A stretch of DNA of 64,000 bases. Source: an uncultured Acidobacteriota bacterium (GTDB lineage: Bacteria; Acidobacteriota; Thermoanaerobaculia; Gp7-AA8). Of the stretch, positions 1 to 10,662 are shown in pieces. The notes beneath the pieces are model-generated. The model had not been told where the DNA came from, searched no databases, and saw nothing but the letters and a program-made list of their open reading frames with translations. The stretch covers positions 96,001 through 160,000 of the forward strand of contig CAVUKB010000010.1 of the NCBI GenBank assembly GCA_963741955.1, written 5' to 3'. Position numbers and translations under genes: made by a program. Each line of letters begins with the position of its first letter. Positions within the stretch are counted from its first letter, which is position 1.

Positions 1-759
1 CGCGAGACGGCAGCCTTCCTCGAACGACGTCGACCATTGAAACGCCCAGAGCGCTGCTTCCAGCGAGTCGACCACGTATCCGGTGGAGCGGATCTCCTCC
101 CGGTTCTTGTTCTTGAAGGAGCCTGAGGCGACTCGTTGAATGGAAGAGGAGAGAGGGTCGGTCCAGCGAAACGTGGAGGGAGCGTACCGGTCGGAGAGGA
201 TCTCTTCTTTACTCGTGCCGCTCACCGCACCAATCAGGAGCGCCGCGAAGTAGCGGCAGGCGTCGATCGCTTCGGTCGCGGCGTGCGTCACCCGAGAGCT
301 CTCCGCCGCGTAATGGATGGCGAGCTCCGGGCGACGGGCATAGAACAGTGGGACCGGTGCGAGCCGCATCAGAGAGCCGTTGCCCGCATCGTTCGGACCG
401 GACGGCGCGTCGAACGGCTGCCGCGTCTTTTCGTATCTCTCCAGCGCCGTACGTACGGTGTTGCCGATGTCGAAGCATCGGCCGGTGCTGGAGCGATATC
501 CCTCCCGATACCACCGGACGTACCGGTCGAGCTGATCGACCGGATCGAATCCGCGGCATTCGGTCAGACTCTCGGCGAGACAGAGGGCCATCGAAGTATC
601 GTCGGTCCACTGGCCCGGGGAGAGATCGAACGGGCCGCCACCGACGATCTCGTTCACCGCATCGATGCTGTCGCGCGTCCGGGACTCCAGAGTCGTGCCG
701 AACGCGTCGCCCGCGGCCAGACCCAGAATCGCCCCCAGATACCGGCCGAGTCTTTCCAT
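1..759 (-). CDS. ADP-ribosylglycohydrolase family protein (DraG-like), 3' end outside window
   Basis: Absent from the ORF track. Manual translation from ATG at 759 gives MERLGRYLGAILGLAAGDAFGTTLE...GGGPFDLSPGQWTDDTSMALCLAESL, containing the GDAxG and TDDT motifs of the family. Confidence 0.9.
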   Translation of the reverse strand, partial: MERLGRYLGAILGLAAGDAFGTTLESRTRDSIDAVNEIVGGGPFDLSPGQWTDDTSMALCLAESLTECRGFDPVDQLDRYVRWYREGYRSSTGRCFDIGNTVRTALERYEKTRQPFDAPSGPNDAGNGSLMRLAPVPLFYARRPELAIHYAAESSRVTHAATEAIDACRYFAALLIGAVSGTSKEEILSDRYAPSTFRWTDPLSSSIQRVASGSFKNKNREEIRSTGYVVDSLEAALWAFQWSTSFEEGCRLA

Positions 760-1069
760 GGCGTCATCATATCGGGAGTTCCGGCCGGGAGCCTGCTCGT
801 GCCGGAAAGCGGACGGGCAGAGAGGCGGGAAACACCCTTCCCGACCCCTGCGAATAAAGTGAAACACCCTCCTGTTTTCGCGTTCACCGTTTCATCTCTG
901 TGTGCTGTCGCTCCCGTATCGAGTGCCCCGTGCTTCAGAGTGAAGCAGGACCCCAGGATGGATTGAACTGCCCGCCGCGTCGATACTGGCGCGTTTCGAG
1001 CAGCGGAAGAAGAAGTGCGATGAGGCCGGGTCGAACCGGGATAATGCAGCAACCGATACAGGAGAGTGA

Positions 1070-1537
1070 ATGGCTTCGAAAGTTTTTGTTGGGAATTTGA
1101 ATTTCAGCACCACGCGCGACGAGCTCGAGCGAATCTTCGGTGAGATCGGTCAGGTTACGGAGGTTTTCCTCCCGATGGACCGTGAAACCGGTCGTCCCCG
1201 CGGATTTGCCTTCGTGCAGTTCTCTTCGGACGAAGACGCGAAGAAGGCGATCGAGCAGCTCAACGGGCGTGAGGTCGGCGGCCGCGCGCTCCGAGTCAAC
1301 GCGGCGGAAGATCGCCCGCGGAGAAGCGGACCCTCTCCACGCCCCGGTGGATTCGGCGCGCGTCCCTTCGGCGGCGGCGGTGGCGGTGGTGGATTCGACC
1401 GCTCCCCGGATGAAGGATTCGGCGGCGGATTCGGTGGCGGATTCGGCGGCGGCGGCGGCGGCCGAGGTGGTGACGCTGGCGGCGGCCGTACCAAAGGAAG
1501 CCGTAGGAACATCCGGAAGAAGAAGCGCAGCCTCTGA
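1070..1537 (+). CDS. RRM-domain RNA-binding protein with Gly-rich tail
   Basis: RNP2 (VFVGNL) and RNP1 (RGFAFVQF) motifs, GGGF repeats, GGAG RBS upstream. Confidence 0.93.
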   Translation: MASKVFVGNLNFSTTRDELERIFGEIGQVTEVFLPMDRETGRPRGFAFVQFSSDEDAKKAIEQLNGREVGGRALRVNAAEDRPRRSGPSPRPGGFGARPFGGGGGGGGFDRSPDEGFGGGFGGGFGGGGGGRGGDAGGGRTKGSRRNIRKKKRSL

Positions 1538-1818
1538 TTCGCGCGCGCCTCCCCACGGCGTTCGCGCCGCGAGACCGGCACACCACGTTTCCTGCAGCAT
1601 CCGATTCTGGAGTGGATGTTCGCTGAACAGTAGCATCGGCTCCTCCGTCGTGAGGAGCCGATTGCGTTTTGTCCCGGAGACGGATTCGACGCTCTGCAAG
1701 CCGGGTGGATCTCAGACGCTCAGCGATATCTCCGCCGCAGATTCCCTCGAGATCTCCTCGACTCCCGTCGACTCTCGAGCACGAGGATGAGGCGACGACG
1801 GACAGATCGGTCCGCCCG

Positions 1819-3585
1819 TCATTCGGAGTCTCCGCTCTCTCCGCTCGAATCGGGCCTCGGTCGCGCTGCGGCGACGGGAGGAAGGTGCGGAGTGGGGTGA
1901 AGCCGGGGAGCGGGCTTTCCGACGCGCGTCTCCGCGGGAATCGCAGGTCGGGTTCCGTCGCGGTACGCGGTGTACGCAGGAGACATGATCTCGACCCCCG
2001 CTTCGCTGAACGCATCCTGAATCCGCGCGTGCAGCTCCGAATACGTCACGGCCATCCGTCCCGGCTGGTCGGTGTACGCGTTGATCTCGTAGTGGACGAA
2101 GAAATCGTCGAGCGCCGTCTGCAGCACGAACGGTTCGGGGCTCACCAGGATGTTCGGCGTCTGCTTCGCGGCCGCGATCAGGAGCTCGTGCACCCTGGGC
2201 CAGGGTGCGTCGTATCCGATCGTGACGCTGGTGTTCAGAATCAGTCCGCTCGCCTGCGCGGAGGCGGAGAAGTTCACGATGTGGCTGCTGAGTACCAGCG
2301 AGTTCGGGACGGTGATGTCGACGTTCTTGATGGTGCGGACTCTCGTCACGAGGAGAGACTTCGCGACCACGTCGCCCACGGTGTCCGCGATTCTCACCCG
2401 GTCGCCGAGGCGGAACGCACGGGTGTAGGTCAGGACCACCCCGGCTACGACGTTCGACACGGCGGATGTCGAGCCGAGTGAAAAGAGGACGCCGAGAAAG
2501 ATCGAGATTCCTTTGAAGGCGGGAGAGCTCGATCCAGGGAGATACGGGAACGCCACGACCACCGCGCCGGTCAGGATCAGAAAGCGGGCGATCTTGAAGG
2601 TCGGTTCGGCCCATTCCGGATCGAAGTCGGAGAAGACGATGGTTCCTTTCCCCATCTCACGGAAGATCACGTGCACGAGCTTGATCGAGTAGTACGTGAT
2701 GACCGCGATCACCAGAACGAAGAAGAGATTCGGGACGTAGTCGACCGCGGTCTGCCAGACGCTGCGGATCGGGAGGAGGAGATATCCGACGAGCACGCGG
2801 GTGTAGCCGCGGGTCCATGGATAGAGGCTCAGGAGAATCGCCGCCCACGCCCCGATCAGAACGACGATGCTCACCCCGCGGATCAGAGCGATCAGACCCA
2901 CCAGGAAATCGGTGAACCTCTCGGCGCTGAGGAGCTCGAGCCGCTGAATGCGGATGGAGCGGATTTTCGTTCCCCGCCACGATTCGATCTGCGCGATTCC
3001 GATCGGAGCGAGAAAGCGGATCAGTTTCAGCAGAAAGAAGAGAAGAAGAGAGATCAGCAGCGCCAGCAGGGTGTCGATCACCACGGCGCGCAGACCGTAT
3101 CTCGCTCGCACGTTCGCGACGCTGACTTCGATCCGCTCGGCCAGGCGATTCGCCAGCTCCTGCCGCGTCAGTTTCGTCCCTTCGACATCGGCATCGCTGA
3201 TCGTCATCACGATGCGGTTTCCCGCCACGATCTCGCTGGACGTCCCGTTCTCCACCACCTTGAACTTCGGGGCGCGGCCGAAGGGGCGCGTCGCGATGTC
3301 GCTGATGCGCTTTTCGATCGCGGCTGCGCGCTCGTCCGCCTCGAACGAGCCGCTCCGATGCGAGACGTTGAAGAGCACCTCTCCCTCCAGCTGCACCGGG
3401 AAAGGGCGGGGTGGAGCGACACGCATCTCCGGGGCGGTTCCGGTCACCGCCGGCTGGGTCGCCGTGGCAGGCGCCGGCTGCGACTCACCCGGCGCCGGCG
3501 TCGCGCCGAGCGGGAATGCGAACGCCAGCAGAAATGCCGTGGCCACGAGCGTCGTGGTTTTCCGAATGAGAGATGCCCGGCTCAT
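1819..3585 (-). CDS. Mechanosensitive ion channel, MscS family, with N-terminal periplasmic domain
   Basis: Signal peptide, TM helices, and the MscS core RAFRLGDRVRIADTVGDV...ITVPNS...VTIGYDAP. Confidence 0.9.
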   Translation of the reverse strand: MSRASLIRKTTTLVATAFLLAFAFPLGATPAPGESQPAPATATQPAVTGTAPEMRVAPPRPFPVQLEGEVLFNVSHRSGSFEADERAAAIEKRISDIATRPFGRAPKFKVVENGTSSEIVAGNRIVMTISDADVEGTKLTRQELANRLAERIEVSVANVRARYGLRAVVIDTLLALLISLLLFFLLKLIRFLAPIGIAQIESWRGTKIRSIRIQRLELLSAERFTDFLVGLIALIRGVSIVVLIGAWAAILLSLYPWTRGYTRVLVGYLLLPIRSVWQTAVDYVPNLFFVLVIAVITYYSIKLVHVIFREMGKGTIVFSDFDPEWAEPTFKIARFLILTGAVVVAFPYLPGSSSPAFKGISIFLGVLFSLGSTSAVSNVVAGVVLTYTRAFRLGDRVRIADTVGDVVAKSLLVTRVRTIKNVDITVPNSLVLSSHIVNFSASAQASGLILNTSVTIGYDAPWPRVHELLIAAAKQTPNILVSPEPFVLQTALDDFFVHYEINAYTDQPGRMAVTYSELHARIQDAFSEAGVEIMSPAYTAYRDGTRPAIPAETRVGKPAPRLHPTPHLPPVAAARPRPDSSGESGDSE

Positions 3586-3712
3586 CGTTTCGAGACGAGT
3601 TTAACCCGGTTTGTGCGGCGGGCGCTTCCACTGCAGACAGCCGAACCGGGCGGCGGTCTCACCATCGCGGGAACCCTGACGAGCTGGCAGAGATCGGTTA
3701 TCCTCTGCCCTC

Positions 3713-4459
3713 ATGACCGAACCTGCGGAAAATCCGTTGCCGCCCCACCCGACTCTCGACGGTTACTACGGCGAAGCTTCGCGACGTGAACGCTTCGTGC
3801 GCGACATCTTCGACGAGACCGCGGAGTGGTACGACTGGATCATCGGCTTTCTCTCGTTCGGGTCGGGAAACTGGTATCGGACGGAAGCGCTGCGTCGTGC
3901 CGGGTTCGGTCCCGGCAAGACGCTGCTCGACGTGGCGACGGGGACCGGGGTCGTCGCACGTGCCGCGGCGGGTATCAGCGACCAGCCGAAGAAGATCATC
4001 GGGCTCGATCCGAGCATCGGGATGCTGCGCGAGGCACGACGGAAGTCGGACTCGCATCTGGTGAAAGGTCGTGGCGAGACCCTTCCGTTCCCCGACGCCA
4101 GTTTCGATCTGATCACGATGGGGTTTGCGCTGCGGCACGTCGCCGATCTCCGAGCTCTCTTTGCGGAGTTTCGCCGCGTGCTGAAACCGGGCGGGAAGGT
4201 CCTGATCATGGAGATCACCGCGCCGCGCTCGCGCGTCGGTTCCGCATTCCTCGGGTTGTATCTCGGGCGGATCGTCCCATCGATCGCGAGAGTTCGAAGC
4301 GGGAGCGCGGCGGCCGGGAAGCTGATGCACTACTACTGGGACACGATCCGCTCGTGCGTCCCGCCGGAGACGATCGTCGAAGCGTTGCAGGCCGCGGGTT
4401 TCGCGAAGGTGGAGAGAAAGGTCGAGCTCCGGTTGTTCAGCGAGTACGTCGCGGAGTAG
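3713..4459 (+). CDS. Class I SAM-dependent methyltransferase (UbiE/MenG-like)
   Basis: LLDVATGTG SAM motif, LPFPDASFD, RVLKPGG. Confidence 0.85.
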   Translation: MTEPAENPLPPHPTLDGYYGEASRRERFVRDIFDETAEWYDWIIGFLSFGSGNWYRTEALRRAGFGPGKTLLDVATGTGVVARAAAGISDQPKKIIGLDPSIGMLREARRKSDSHLVKGRGETLPFPDASFDLITMGFALRHVADLRALFAEFRRVLKPGGKVLIMEITAPRSRVGSAFLGLYLGRIVPSIARVRSGSAAAGKLMHYYWDTIRSCVPPETIVEALQAAGFAKVERKVELRLFSEYVAE

Positions 4460-4664
4460 CGAAGGGCGGGCTCTTCGTATTCGATTTCGGCCCGACCAGG
4501 TCTGTGGCCCGGCGCAGAAACGGCCGAGGCGCTTCGTTCCTGCGGTCCGGCCAGCCGCTGCGGCACGTTTCTTTCAGCGTCCCGGGGGAGCCGGTCGCGG
4601 ACTGGACAGCATCCGTTCGCACGAATAGCATCATCCAAACTCGATTCGCAGGAGAGAGGCATCC

Positions 4665-5753
4665 GTGCACGAGAATCCACTGAAGCTCAAGAAGATCCAT
4701 CACATCGAATTCTGGGCGGGGAACGCCCGCCAATCGTCCTTTTATTACCGGAAGGCCTTCGGCTTCTCGCAGCTGGCGTACGGCGGTCTGGAGACCGGGA
4801 ACCGGGAGATGGCTTCCTACGTTCTCGGCCAGGGGAAGGCGCGATTCGTCGTCTCGACGCCGCTCCGTTCCGATCACCCGGCAAGTGAGCACATCCGGAA
4901 GCACGGAGACGGTGTGAGAGACATCGCTCTGCAGGTCGAGGACGCCGATTTCGCGTTCGAGGAAGCAGTCCGCCGCGGAGCAGTCGCGGTGACCGAACCG
5001 CGCGATCTCACCGATGACCACGGGACGGTCCGTCACGCTGCCATTCAGACGTACGGCGACACCATTCACTCGTTCATCTCGTACAAGGACTACGACGGTC
5101 CTTTTCTACCCGGCTACGGCGCCGCCGCGATCGAGGGCCACGACGTCGGCATCGTGACGATCGATCACATCGTGGGTAACGTCGAGCTCGGCAAGATGAA
5201 CGAGTGGGCGGAGTTCTACTCCAGGGTGATGGGTTTTTCGCGTTACATCACGTTCGACGACAAGGACATCTCCACCGAGTACAGTGCACTGATGAGCATC
5301 GTGATGTCCGACGACTCGAAGGTGGTGAAGTTTCCGATCAACGAGCCTGCTCCCGGGAAGAAGAAGAGTCAGATCGACGAGTACCTCGATGCGTACGGTG
5401 GGCCGGGCGTCCAACACATCGCTCTCCTCTGCCGCGACGTGATCGAGACGGTCAGCGCACTCGGCGAGAACGGCGTCGAATTCCTGCGCGTACCCGATGC
5501 CTATTACGAAGAGCTGCCCGAAAGGATCGGCGGAATCAGCGAGCCGCTCGACCGGATCCGGGCGCTCGGCGTTCTGGTCGACCGCGACGAAGAAGGATAT
5601 CTGCTCCAGATCTTCTCCCGGGCGGTCGAGGATCGTCCGACGGTTTTCTTCGAGATCATCCAGCGCAAGGGGAGTCGCGGGTTCGGTAAGGGCAACTTCA
5701 AGGCGCTCTTCCAGGCGATCGAGCTGGAGCAGGAGAAACGAGGGAATCTCTAG
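4665..5753 (+). CDS. hppD: 4-hydroxyphenylpyruvate dioxygenase
   Basis: [43 protein letters not shown]. Confidence 0.96.
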   Translation: MHENPLKLKKIHHIEFWAGNARQSSFYYRKAFGFSQLAYGGLETGNREMASYVLGQGKARFVVSTPLRSDHPASEHIRKHGDGVRDIALQVEDADFAFEEAVRRGAVAVTEPRDLTDDHGTVRHAAIQTYGDTIHSFISYKDYDGPFLPGYGAAAIEGHDVGIVTIDHIVGNVELGKMNEWAEFYSRVMGFSRYITFDDKDISTEYSALMSIVMSDDSKVVKFPINEPAPGKKKSQIDEYLDAYGGPGVQHIALLCRDVIETVSALGENGVEFLRVPDAYYEELPERIGGISEPLDRIRALGVLVDRDEEGYLLQIFSRAVEDRPTVFFEIIQRKGSRGFGKGNFKALFQAIELEQEKRGNL

Positions 5754-5935
5754 CCCGCATTTCTCACACCGTCTTGTCGTGAGGAGGCGCAGAGTGGCTT
5801 GGATGCAAGGCGCACCCCGCTTCGGCGACAAAGGCATAGTGGTGACTATGTCGAGGAGCCGAAGCCGGGCGCAACGCAGCAAACAGGCCGCTATCCGGCT
5901 CCGTAGCAGAGATGGTGTGAGAAAATGCGGGCCAG
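5750..5935. repeat. MITE/REP-like palindromic element with ~25 bp terminal inverted repeats
   Basis: ctagcccgcatttctcacaccgtct (5750-5774) is nearly the reverse complement of agatggtgtgagaaaatgcgggccag (5910-5935). Nested inner inverted repeats gcttcggc/gccgaagc and catagt/actatg. Confidence 0.7.
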
Positions 5936-6069
5936 GAGTCTGCGCGATGGAAACGAGGAGCAAAATCGTCGTCTGACGCCGCAGACCGGCCCGGATCGCG
6001 CTCCGCAGCAGAAGTCCCGTGAATCGTCCGGGCCGACTCTGCATCAGGAGCGGGAAGGAAAGTGGAGAC

Positions 6070-7359
6070 ATGACCCTGCAGTACCAGTCCGGCTTCGGGA
6101 ACGAGCTTTCGACCACTGCGGTCGACGGAGCACTCCCGCTGGATCAGAATTCACCCCAGCGGGCGCCGCTCGGCCTCTATGCGGAACAGCTGAGCGGCAC
6201 GCCGTTCACCGCCCCGCGCCACCTGAACCGTCGCTCGTGGCTCTACCGCATCCGCCCTTCGGCCGTGCACCCTCCCTATACCCCCGTTCCGGAGGGCGCC
6301 TTTCCGGCTCGTTTCGACGAGATCGACGCTCCGCCGAATCAGCTTCGGTGGGATCCGCTTCCGCTTCCGGATGGGCCGGCCGACTTCCTCGACGGCCTCT
6401 TCACCATCTGCGGGAACGGCGATCCGGCGATGACGAGCGGGAGCGCGGTTCACGTGTACGCGGCGAACCGCTCCATGCAGGACCGCTGTTTCTACGATGC
6501 CGACGGCGAGCTGCTGATCGTGCCGCAGCTCGGAGCGGTCCGTCTCTTCACCGAGCTCGGTATTCTGGAGATCGCACCGGGAGAGATCGCTCTCGTTCCT
6601 CGGGGGATCAAGTTCCGCGTCGAGCTGCTCGAGCAGGCCGCACGCGGCTACGTCTGCGAGAATTTCGGACAGCTCTTCCGCCTCCCGGATCTCGGACCGA
6701 TCGGCGCGAACGGCCTGGCCGATCCGCGTCACTTCCAGGCGCCGGTCGCGGCATTCGAGGACCGCGACGGACCGTTCGAGGTCGTGGCGAAGTTTCTCGG
6801 GAAGCTCTGGAGATCGGAGTACGATCACTCGCCTCTCGATGTCGTCTCGTGGCACGGGAGCTACGTTCCGTACAAGTACGATCTCGCGCGATTCAACGCG
6901 ATCAACACTGCTTCGTTCGACCATCCCGATCCGTCCATTTTCACGGTCCTCACGTCCCCCTCGGAGATCCCCGGCACCGCGAACGTCGACTTCGTGATCT
7001 TCCCCCCGCGGTGGCTCGTGGCGGAGCACACTTTCCGCCCTCCCTACTTCCATCGGAACTTCATGAACGAGTACATGGGGCTGGTTTTTGGCGAGTACGA
7101 CGCGAAGTCGGAGGGGTTCGTTCCGGGAGGGGCCAGTCTTCACAATTGCATGTCGGGTCACGGCCCCGATGCGGCCACATTCGACGCGGCTTCCACGGCG
7201 AAGCTGCAGCCGAGCCTCCTCAGTGGTACGCTTGCATTCATGTTCGAGTCGCGCTTCGTCTTTCGTCCGACGAAGTTCGCGATGGAAACGCCGCTCCTGC
7301 AGCGCGACTACTACCGCTGTTGGGAGGGGCTCGGGAAACACTTCGGAACGCGAGAATAG
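6070..7359 (+). CDS. hmgA: Homogentisate 1,2-dioxygenase
   Basis: [40 protein letters not shown] at 6070 is preferred over the track start at 6019. Confidence 0.96.
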   Translation: MTLQYQSGFGNELSTTAVDGALPLDQNSPQRAPLGLYAEQLSGTPFTAPRHLNRRSWLYRIRPSAVHPPYTPVPEGAFPARFDEIDAPPNQLRWDPLPLPDGPADFLDGLFTICGNGDPAMTSGSAVHVYAANRSMQDRCFYDADGELLIVPQLGAVRLFTELGILEIAPGEIALVPRGIKFRVELLEQAARGYVCENFGQLFRLPDLGPIGANGLADPRHFQAPVAAFEDRDGPFEVVAKFLGKLWRSEYDHSPLDVVSWHGSYVPYKYDLARFNAINTASFDHPDPSIFTVLTSPSEIPGTANVDFVIFPPRWLVAEHTFRPPYFHRNFMNEYMGLVFGEYDAKSEGFVPGGASLHNCMSGHGPDAATFDAASTAKLQPSLLSGTLAFMFESRFVFRPTKFAMETPLLQRDYYRCWEGLGKHFGTRE

Positions 7360-7497
7360 AACCGCGACCGGCCGCGCAGACGGCCGCCAACCGGACGAAA
7401 TCGCGAATCAATTCGAACCGGACCGGCACCGGTCAACAGGATCGGTCATCCCGCCGCTCCCGCCTTCGGGCGGTGCGGAGGGTCGAAAGAAGAGCAG

Positions 7498-8388
7498 ATG
7501 AAACAGATACTGGATACGCTCATCGACCGCCTCATCGATTACGCGGGAATCTTCCCTCCGGCGAAGCTCCCGATGGACCAGGCGGTCCGCAACTACGCGA
7601 ACTACGCTCGCGGCGGGTGTGCTCCCGCCCTGGGACGATTCGTCGTTCCCGTCGCACGCCTGGGGGAGTTCGAGAGCGCAGCCCGCGGTCTGCACAAACC
7701 GGAGGAAGCGGCGTGGCCGATTGCGGTTCTCACCGGTCCGAAGCTCGATGACGACGTCTCGGCCATTGCGGAGTGGAACGTCCGATTCGCCGGCCGAGCG
7801 GTGATCGATACCATCGAAGCGAAGGTGACCGACGGACGCGAGATCGAGCTCATCGCGCGTCTGGTCTCTCCTGCACAGACCGCATACCTCGAAGTCCTGC
7901 TGCAGAACGATCTGGAGAAGACCATCGACGCACTCGCGAAGGCCGGCGTCCGCGCAAAGGTGCGTACGGGCGGTGTCACCGAAGAGGTGTTCCCTTCTGC
8001 CCTGCAGCTGGCCGAGTTCGTCACCCTCTGTGCGGCGAAGAACGTCCCCTTCAAAGCGACCGCGGGACTCCACCATCCGCTCCGCTGCACGAAGCCTCTG
8101 ACGTATGAACCGGGGAGCCGAAGCGCGACGATGCACGGGTTCGTGAACCTGTTCGTCGCGGCGGCACTGGCTCGGAAAGGAATGACCGTCGACGAAGCGG
8201 AGGCGCTTCTGGAGGAACGGGATCCTGGCGCCTTCCGGATCGAGGAGAGCTCGCTCTCGTGGCGTGACCACACCTTGCAGAACGATGAGCTCGCGGCCAG
8301 TCGAAACGAATTCGCGATCTCGTTCGGCTCCTGTTCTTTCGACGAGCCGATGAACGAGATTCGCCAGCTCTGGGACGGCGAGGCGTGA
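7498..8388 (+). CDS. Conserved protein of unknown function in the homogentisate cluster
   Basis: Co-oriented between hmgA and fahA. Enzyme-like motifs LIDYAGIFPPA, KVRTGG, PFKATAGLHHP, HGFVN, SFGSCSFDEP. Confidence 0.85.
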   Translation: MKQILDTLIDRLIDYAGIFPPAKLPMDQAVRNYANYARGGCAPALGRFVVPVARLGEFESAARGLHKPEEAAWPIAVLTGPKLDDDVSAIAEWNVRFAGRAVIDTIEAKVTDGREIELIARLVSPAQTAYLEVLLQNDLEKTIDALAKAGVRAKVRTGGVTEEVFPSALQLAEFVTLCAAKNVPFKATAGLHHPLRCTKPLTYEPGSRSATMHGFVNLFVAAALARKGMTVDEAEALLEERDPGAFRIEESSLSWRDHTLQNDELAASRNEFAISFGSCSFDEPMNEIRQLWDGEA

Positions 8389-8427
8389 GCTGACGGGAGC
8401 GATCGCCAAGGAGAAGAACAGGGAACG

Positions 8428-9726
8428 ATGACCGATGAAACTCATGACCTGGCCCTTCGGAGTTGGGTCGAGTCCGCCAACGATCCGGCCACCGATTTTC
8501 CGCTCCAGAATCTCCCTTTCGGGGTGTTCCGGCGTGAAGGCGAAGAGCCGCGCGTCGGCATGGCAATCGGCGACCGCATTCTCGACCTCGGCGCGTCCGT
8601 CGATGCGGGCCTGCTGAGAACATCCCTCGCTGCAGAGACGTTCGGTCAGCCTCGACTCAACGGGATCATGGCAGCAGGTCGGACCGTCGCACGCGAGCTC
8701 CGGGCCGCGGCCCGCAACATCCTGCTCGAAAGTTTCGATCGGAGAGCGGAGGTGGAGCGCTGTCTCGTGCCCCAGGCGGAGGCATCTCTGCTGCTGCCGG
8801 CGGTGATCGGTGACTACACCGATTTCTACGCCTCCATCCACCACGCCACCAATGTCGGGAGCATGTTTCGTCCCGACAATCCGCTGCTGCCGAATTACAA
8901 ATGGGTTCCGATCGGCTACCACGGACGTGCTTCGTCGATCGTGGTCAGCGGAACGCCGTTCCGACGTCCTGCAGGACAGCTGAAGGATCCAGAGGGAGCG
9001 CCGAGGTTCGAAGCCTGCCGGAGACTCGACTACGAGACCGAGGTCGGCCTCTTCGTCGCGGGGGGGAACGAGCTCGGAGTGCCGGTGCGGATCGGCGACG
9101 CAGAAGAGCACATCTTCGGACTCTGTCTGGTGAACGACTGGTCTGCGCGCGACATTCAGACGTGGGAGTACCAGCCGCTCGGACCATTTCTGGGCAAGAG
9201 CTTCACCACATCCATCTCTCCGTGGGTGGTGACGCTCGATGCCCTCGAGCCCTTCCGCGTGCCGGCGTTCGAGCGCTCCGCTGCAGACCCGGCCCCGCTG
9301 CCGTATCTCACCTCGGACCGGGATCGCCGCCTGGGCGGCATCGACCTGACGCTCGAGGTGTGGATCGAATCGCAGAAGATGCGCGACGCCGGGATCGCTC
9401 CACTCCGGCTCAGTCGAGGGTCCTTCCGCGACATGTACTGGACCGTCGCTCAGCTCCTCGCACACCACACCAGCAACGGCTGCAACCTGCAGCCGGGAGA
9501 TCTTCTCGCGAGCGGAACGGTTTCCGGAACGACGAAAGATTCGAGGGGAAGTCTGCTCGAGCTGGCGTGGAAGGGGACCGAGCCCATCGAGCTCCCGACG
9601 GGAGAACAGCGGCGCTTTCTGGAAGATGGAGACGAAGTGATCATGCGCGGCTGGTGCGAGCGCGAAGGCTTCCGCCGGATCGGATTCGGTGAATGCCGCG
9701 GTCGCGTGCTTCCCGCCGTCGGGTGA
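8428..9726 (+). CDS. fahA: Fumarylacetoacetase
   Basis: DFPLQNLPFG, GDYTDFY, YHGRASS, NDWSARDIQ, PLGPFLGKSF. Confidence 0.96.
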   Translation: MTDETHDLALRSWVESANDPATDFPLQNLPFGVFRREGEEPRVGMAIGDRILDLGASVDAGLLRTSLAAETFGQPRLNGIMAAGRTVARELRAAARNILLESFDRRAEVERCLVPQAEASLLLPAVIGDYTDFYASIHHATNVGSMFRPDNPLLPNYKWVPIGYHGRASSIVVSGTPFRRPAGQLKDPEGAPRFEACRRLDYETEVGLFVAGGNELGVPVRIGDAEEHIFGLCLVNDWSARDIQTWEYQPLGPFLGKSFTTSISPWVVTLDALEPFRVPAFERSAADPAPLPYLTSDRDRRLGGIDLTLEVWIESQKMRDAGIAPLRLSRGSFRDMYWTVAQLLAHHTSNGCNLQPGDLLASGTVSGTTKDSRGSLLELAWKGTEPIELPTGEQRRFLEDGDEVIMRGWCEREGFRRIGFGECRGRVLPAVG

Positions 9727-9766
9727 GGAACGCGCACGTTTCGCCAACTCGCGCTGTCCGGGATGA

Positions 9767-9798
9767 AAAAGGCTCGAGGGGAACCCCTCGAGCCTTTT
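9767..9798. terminator. Bidirectional intrinsic terminator
   Basis: aaaaggctcgagggg-aa-cccctcgagcctttt between convergent genes. Confidence 0.85.
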
Positions 9799-9801
9799 CG
9801 T

Positions 9802-10443
9802 TCACCTCAGCCGCTCTTCTCGTTCGTCTTCGATGCGTCTTTCGCGCGCACGCTCGCGGTCGATCTCGCGCTCGCTCAGGCCCGCGACCGGCCGCTCGAC
9901 GTCCGCCGGACGGCTGACCAGCCGGTCGAAGAGCTCGCGGTAATGAATCATCGACTGGCGAAGATCTTCGGTCGTGACCTGACCTTGCGCATGTGCCTCG
10001 ATCGCCCGATGAGCATCGCGATAATGCTCGACGAGCTCCGGTTCCTTGACCGAGAGATCCGAGGCGCGCTTTTCGAAGCTTCCGACCGGGTACCCGCGGA
10101 CGCTGAGGATCTCTCCGATCAGTTCGTCCGCCTGTGCCACTGCCGTGGTCGGGCGGTCGACGAATTCGCGCTCGATCCGCTCCCAGTCGCTCGAGAAGCG
10201 ACTGCGCTCTTCCGCTCTGAGAGGCCGGATTCGGAGTGAGCCTTCGCGGGCTTCACGCGCTGCGAGCTCACTTTCCGCACGGCTGCGGCTGCGAGTCGAT
10301 GAGACTGCGTGGTCGTACTCCGAACCGAAGCGTTCGCGCAGGTGCGAGCTGCGGCGGGACCGCGACGCGCCGACGAAAATGCCGACCACGATGAGTAATG
10401 CCACTGCTCCGAGTGCTACCCAGATCCAATACGGAGCCATCAT
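9802..10443 (-). CDS. Membrane-anchored hypothetical protein
   Basis: N-terminal TM helix followed by a charged helical domain. AAAGGAG RBS. Confidence 0.8.
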   Translation of the reverse strand: MMAPYWIWVALGAVALLIVVGIFVGASRSRRSSHLRERFGSEYDHAVSSTRSRSRAESELAAREAREGSLRIRPLRAEERSRFSSDWERIEREFVDRPTTAVAQADELIGEILSVRGYPVGSFEKRASDLSVKEPELVEHYRDAHRAIEAHAQGQVTTEDLRQSMIHYRELFDRLVSRPADVERPVAGLSEREIDRERARERRIEDEREERLR

Positions 10444-10551
10444 TTCGTTCTCCTTTCATGACCGCAGGACGCGGTCCGTGGGGTGGCGCGGCGACGGCCG
10501 CACCAGGCCGCCGCAGAAACGGCGACCCCCCTTCATGGAAGAAGAACAGGC

Positions 10552-10565
10552 GCAAGGTACGTGCC
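10552..10565 (-). promoter_or_regulatory. Putative sigma-54 promoter for the 9802-10443 gene
   Basis: Minus strand GGCACGtaccTTGC fits GG-N10-GC, about 110 bp upstream of the start codon. Confidence 0.5.
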
Positions 10566-10662
10566 CGGCGAGCCGCGAGCCCGGATTATTCACGGGATTT
10601 CGTCGCGAGGGTTTCCAGAGCGGTCGGACGAGCCTGAAGAGGCGAACAGCTCGGACGCCAGG

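Noticed and set aside
136-966. 276-aa plus-strand ORF
   Set aside because: Antisense to the ADP-ribosylglycohydrolase gene, which has clear family motifs.
1345-1490. Repeated ggattcggcggc units
   Set aside because: They encode the GGGF low-complexity tail of the RRM protein and are not a CRISPR or DNA repeat element.
1670-1700. ggattcgac resembling a tmRNA 5' end
   Set aside because: No GGGG 5' stem, tag reading frame or tRNA-like 3' end found nearby.
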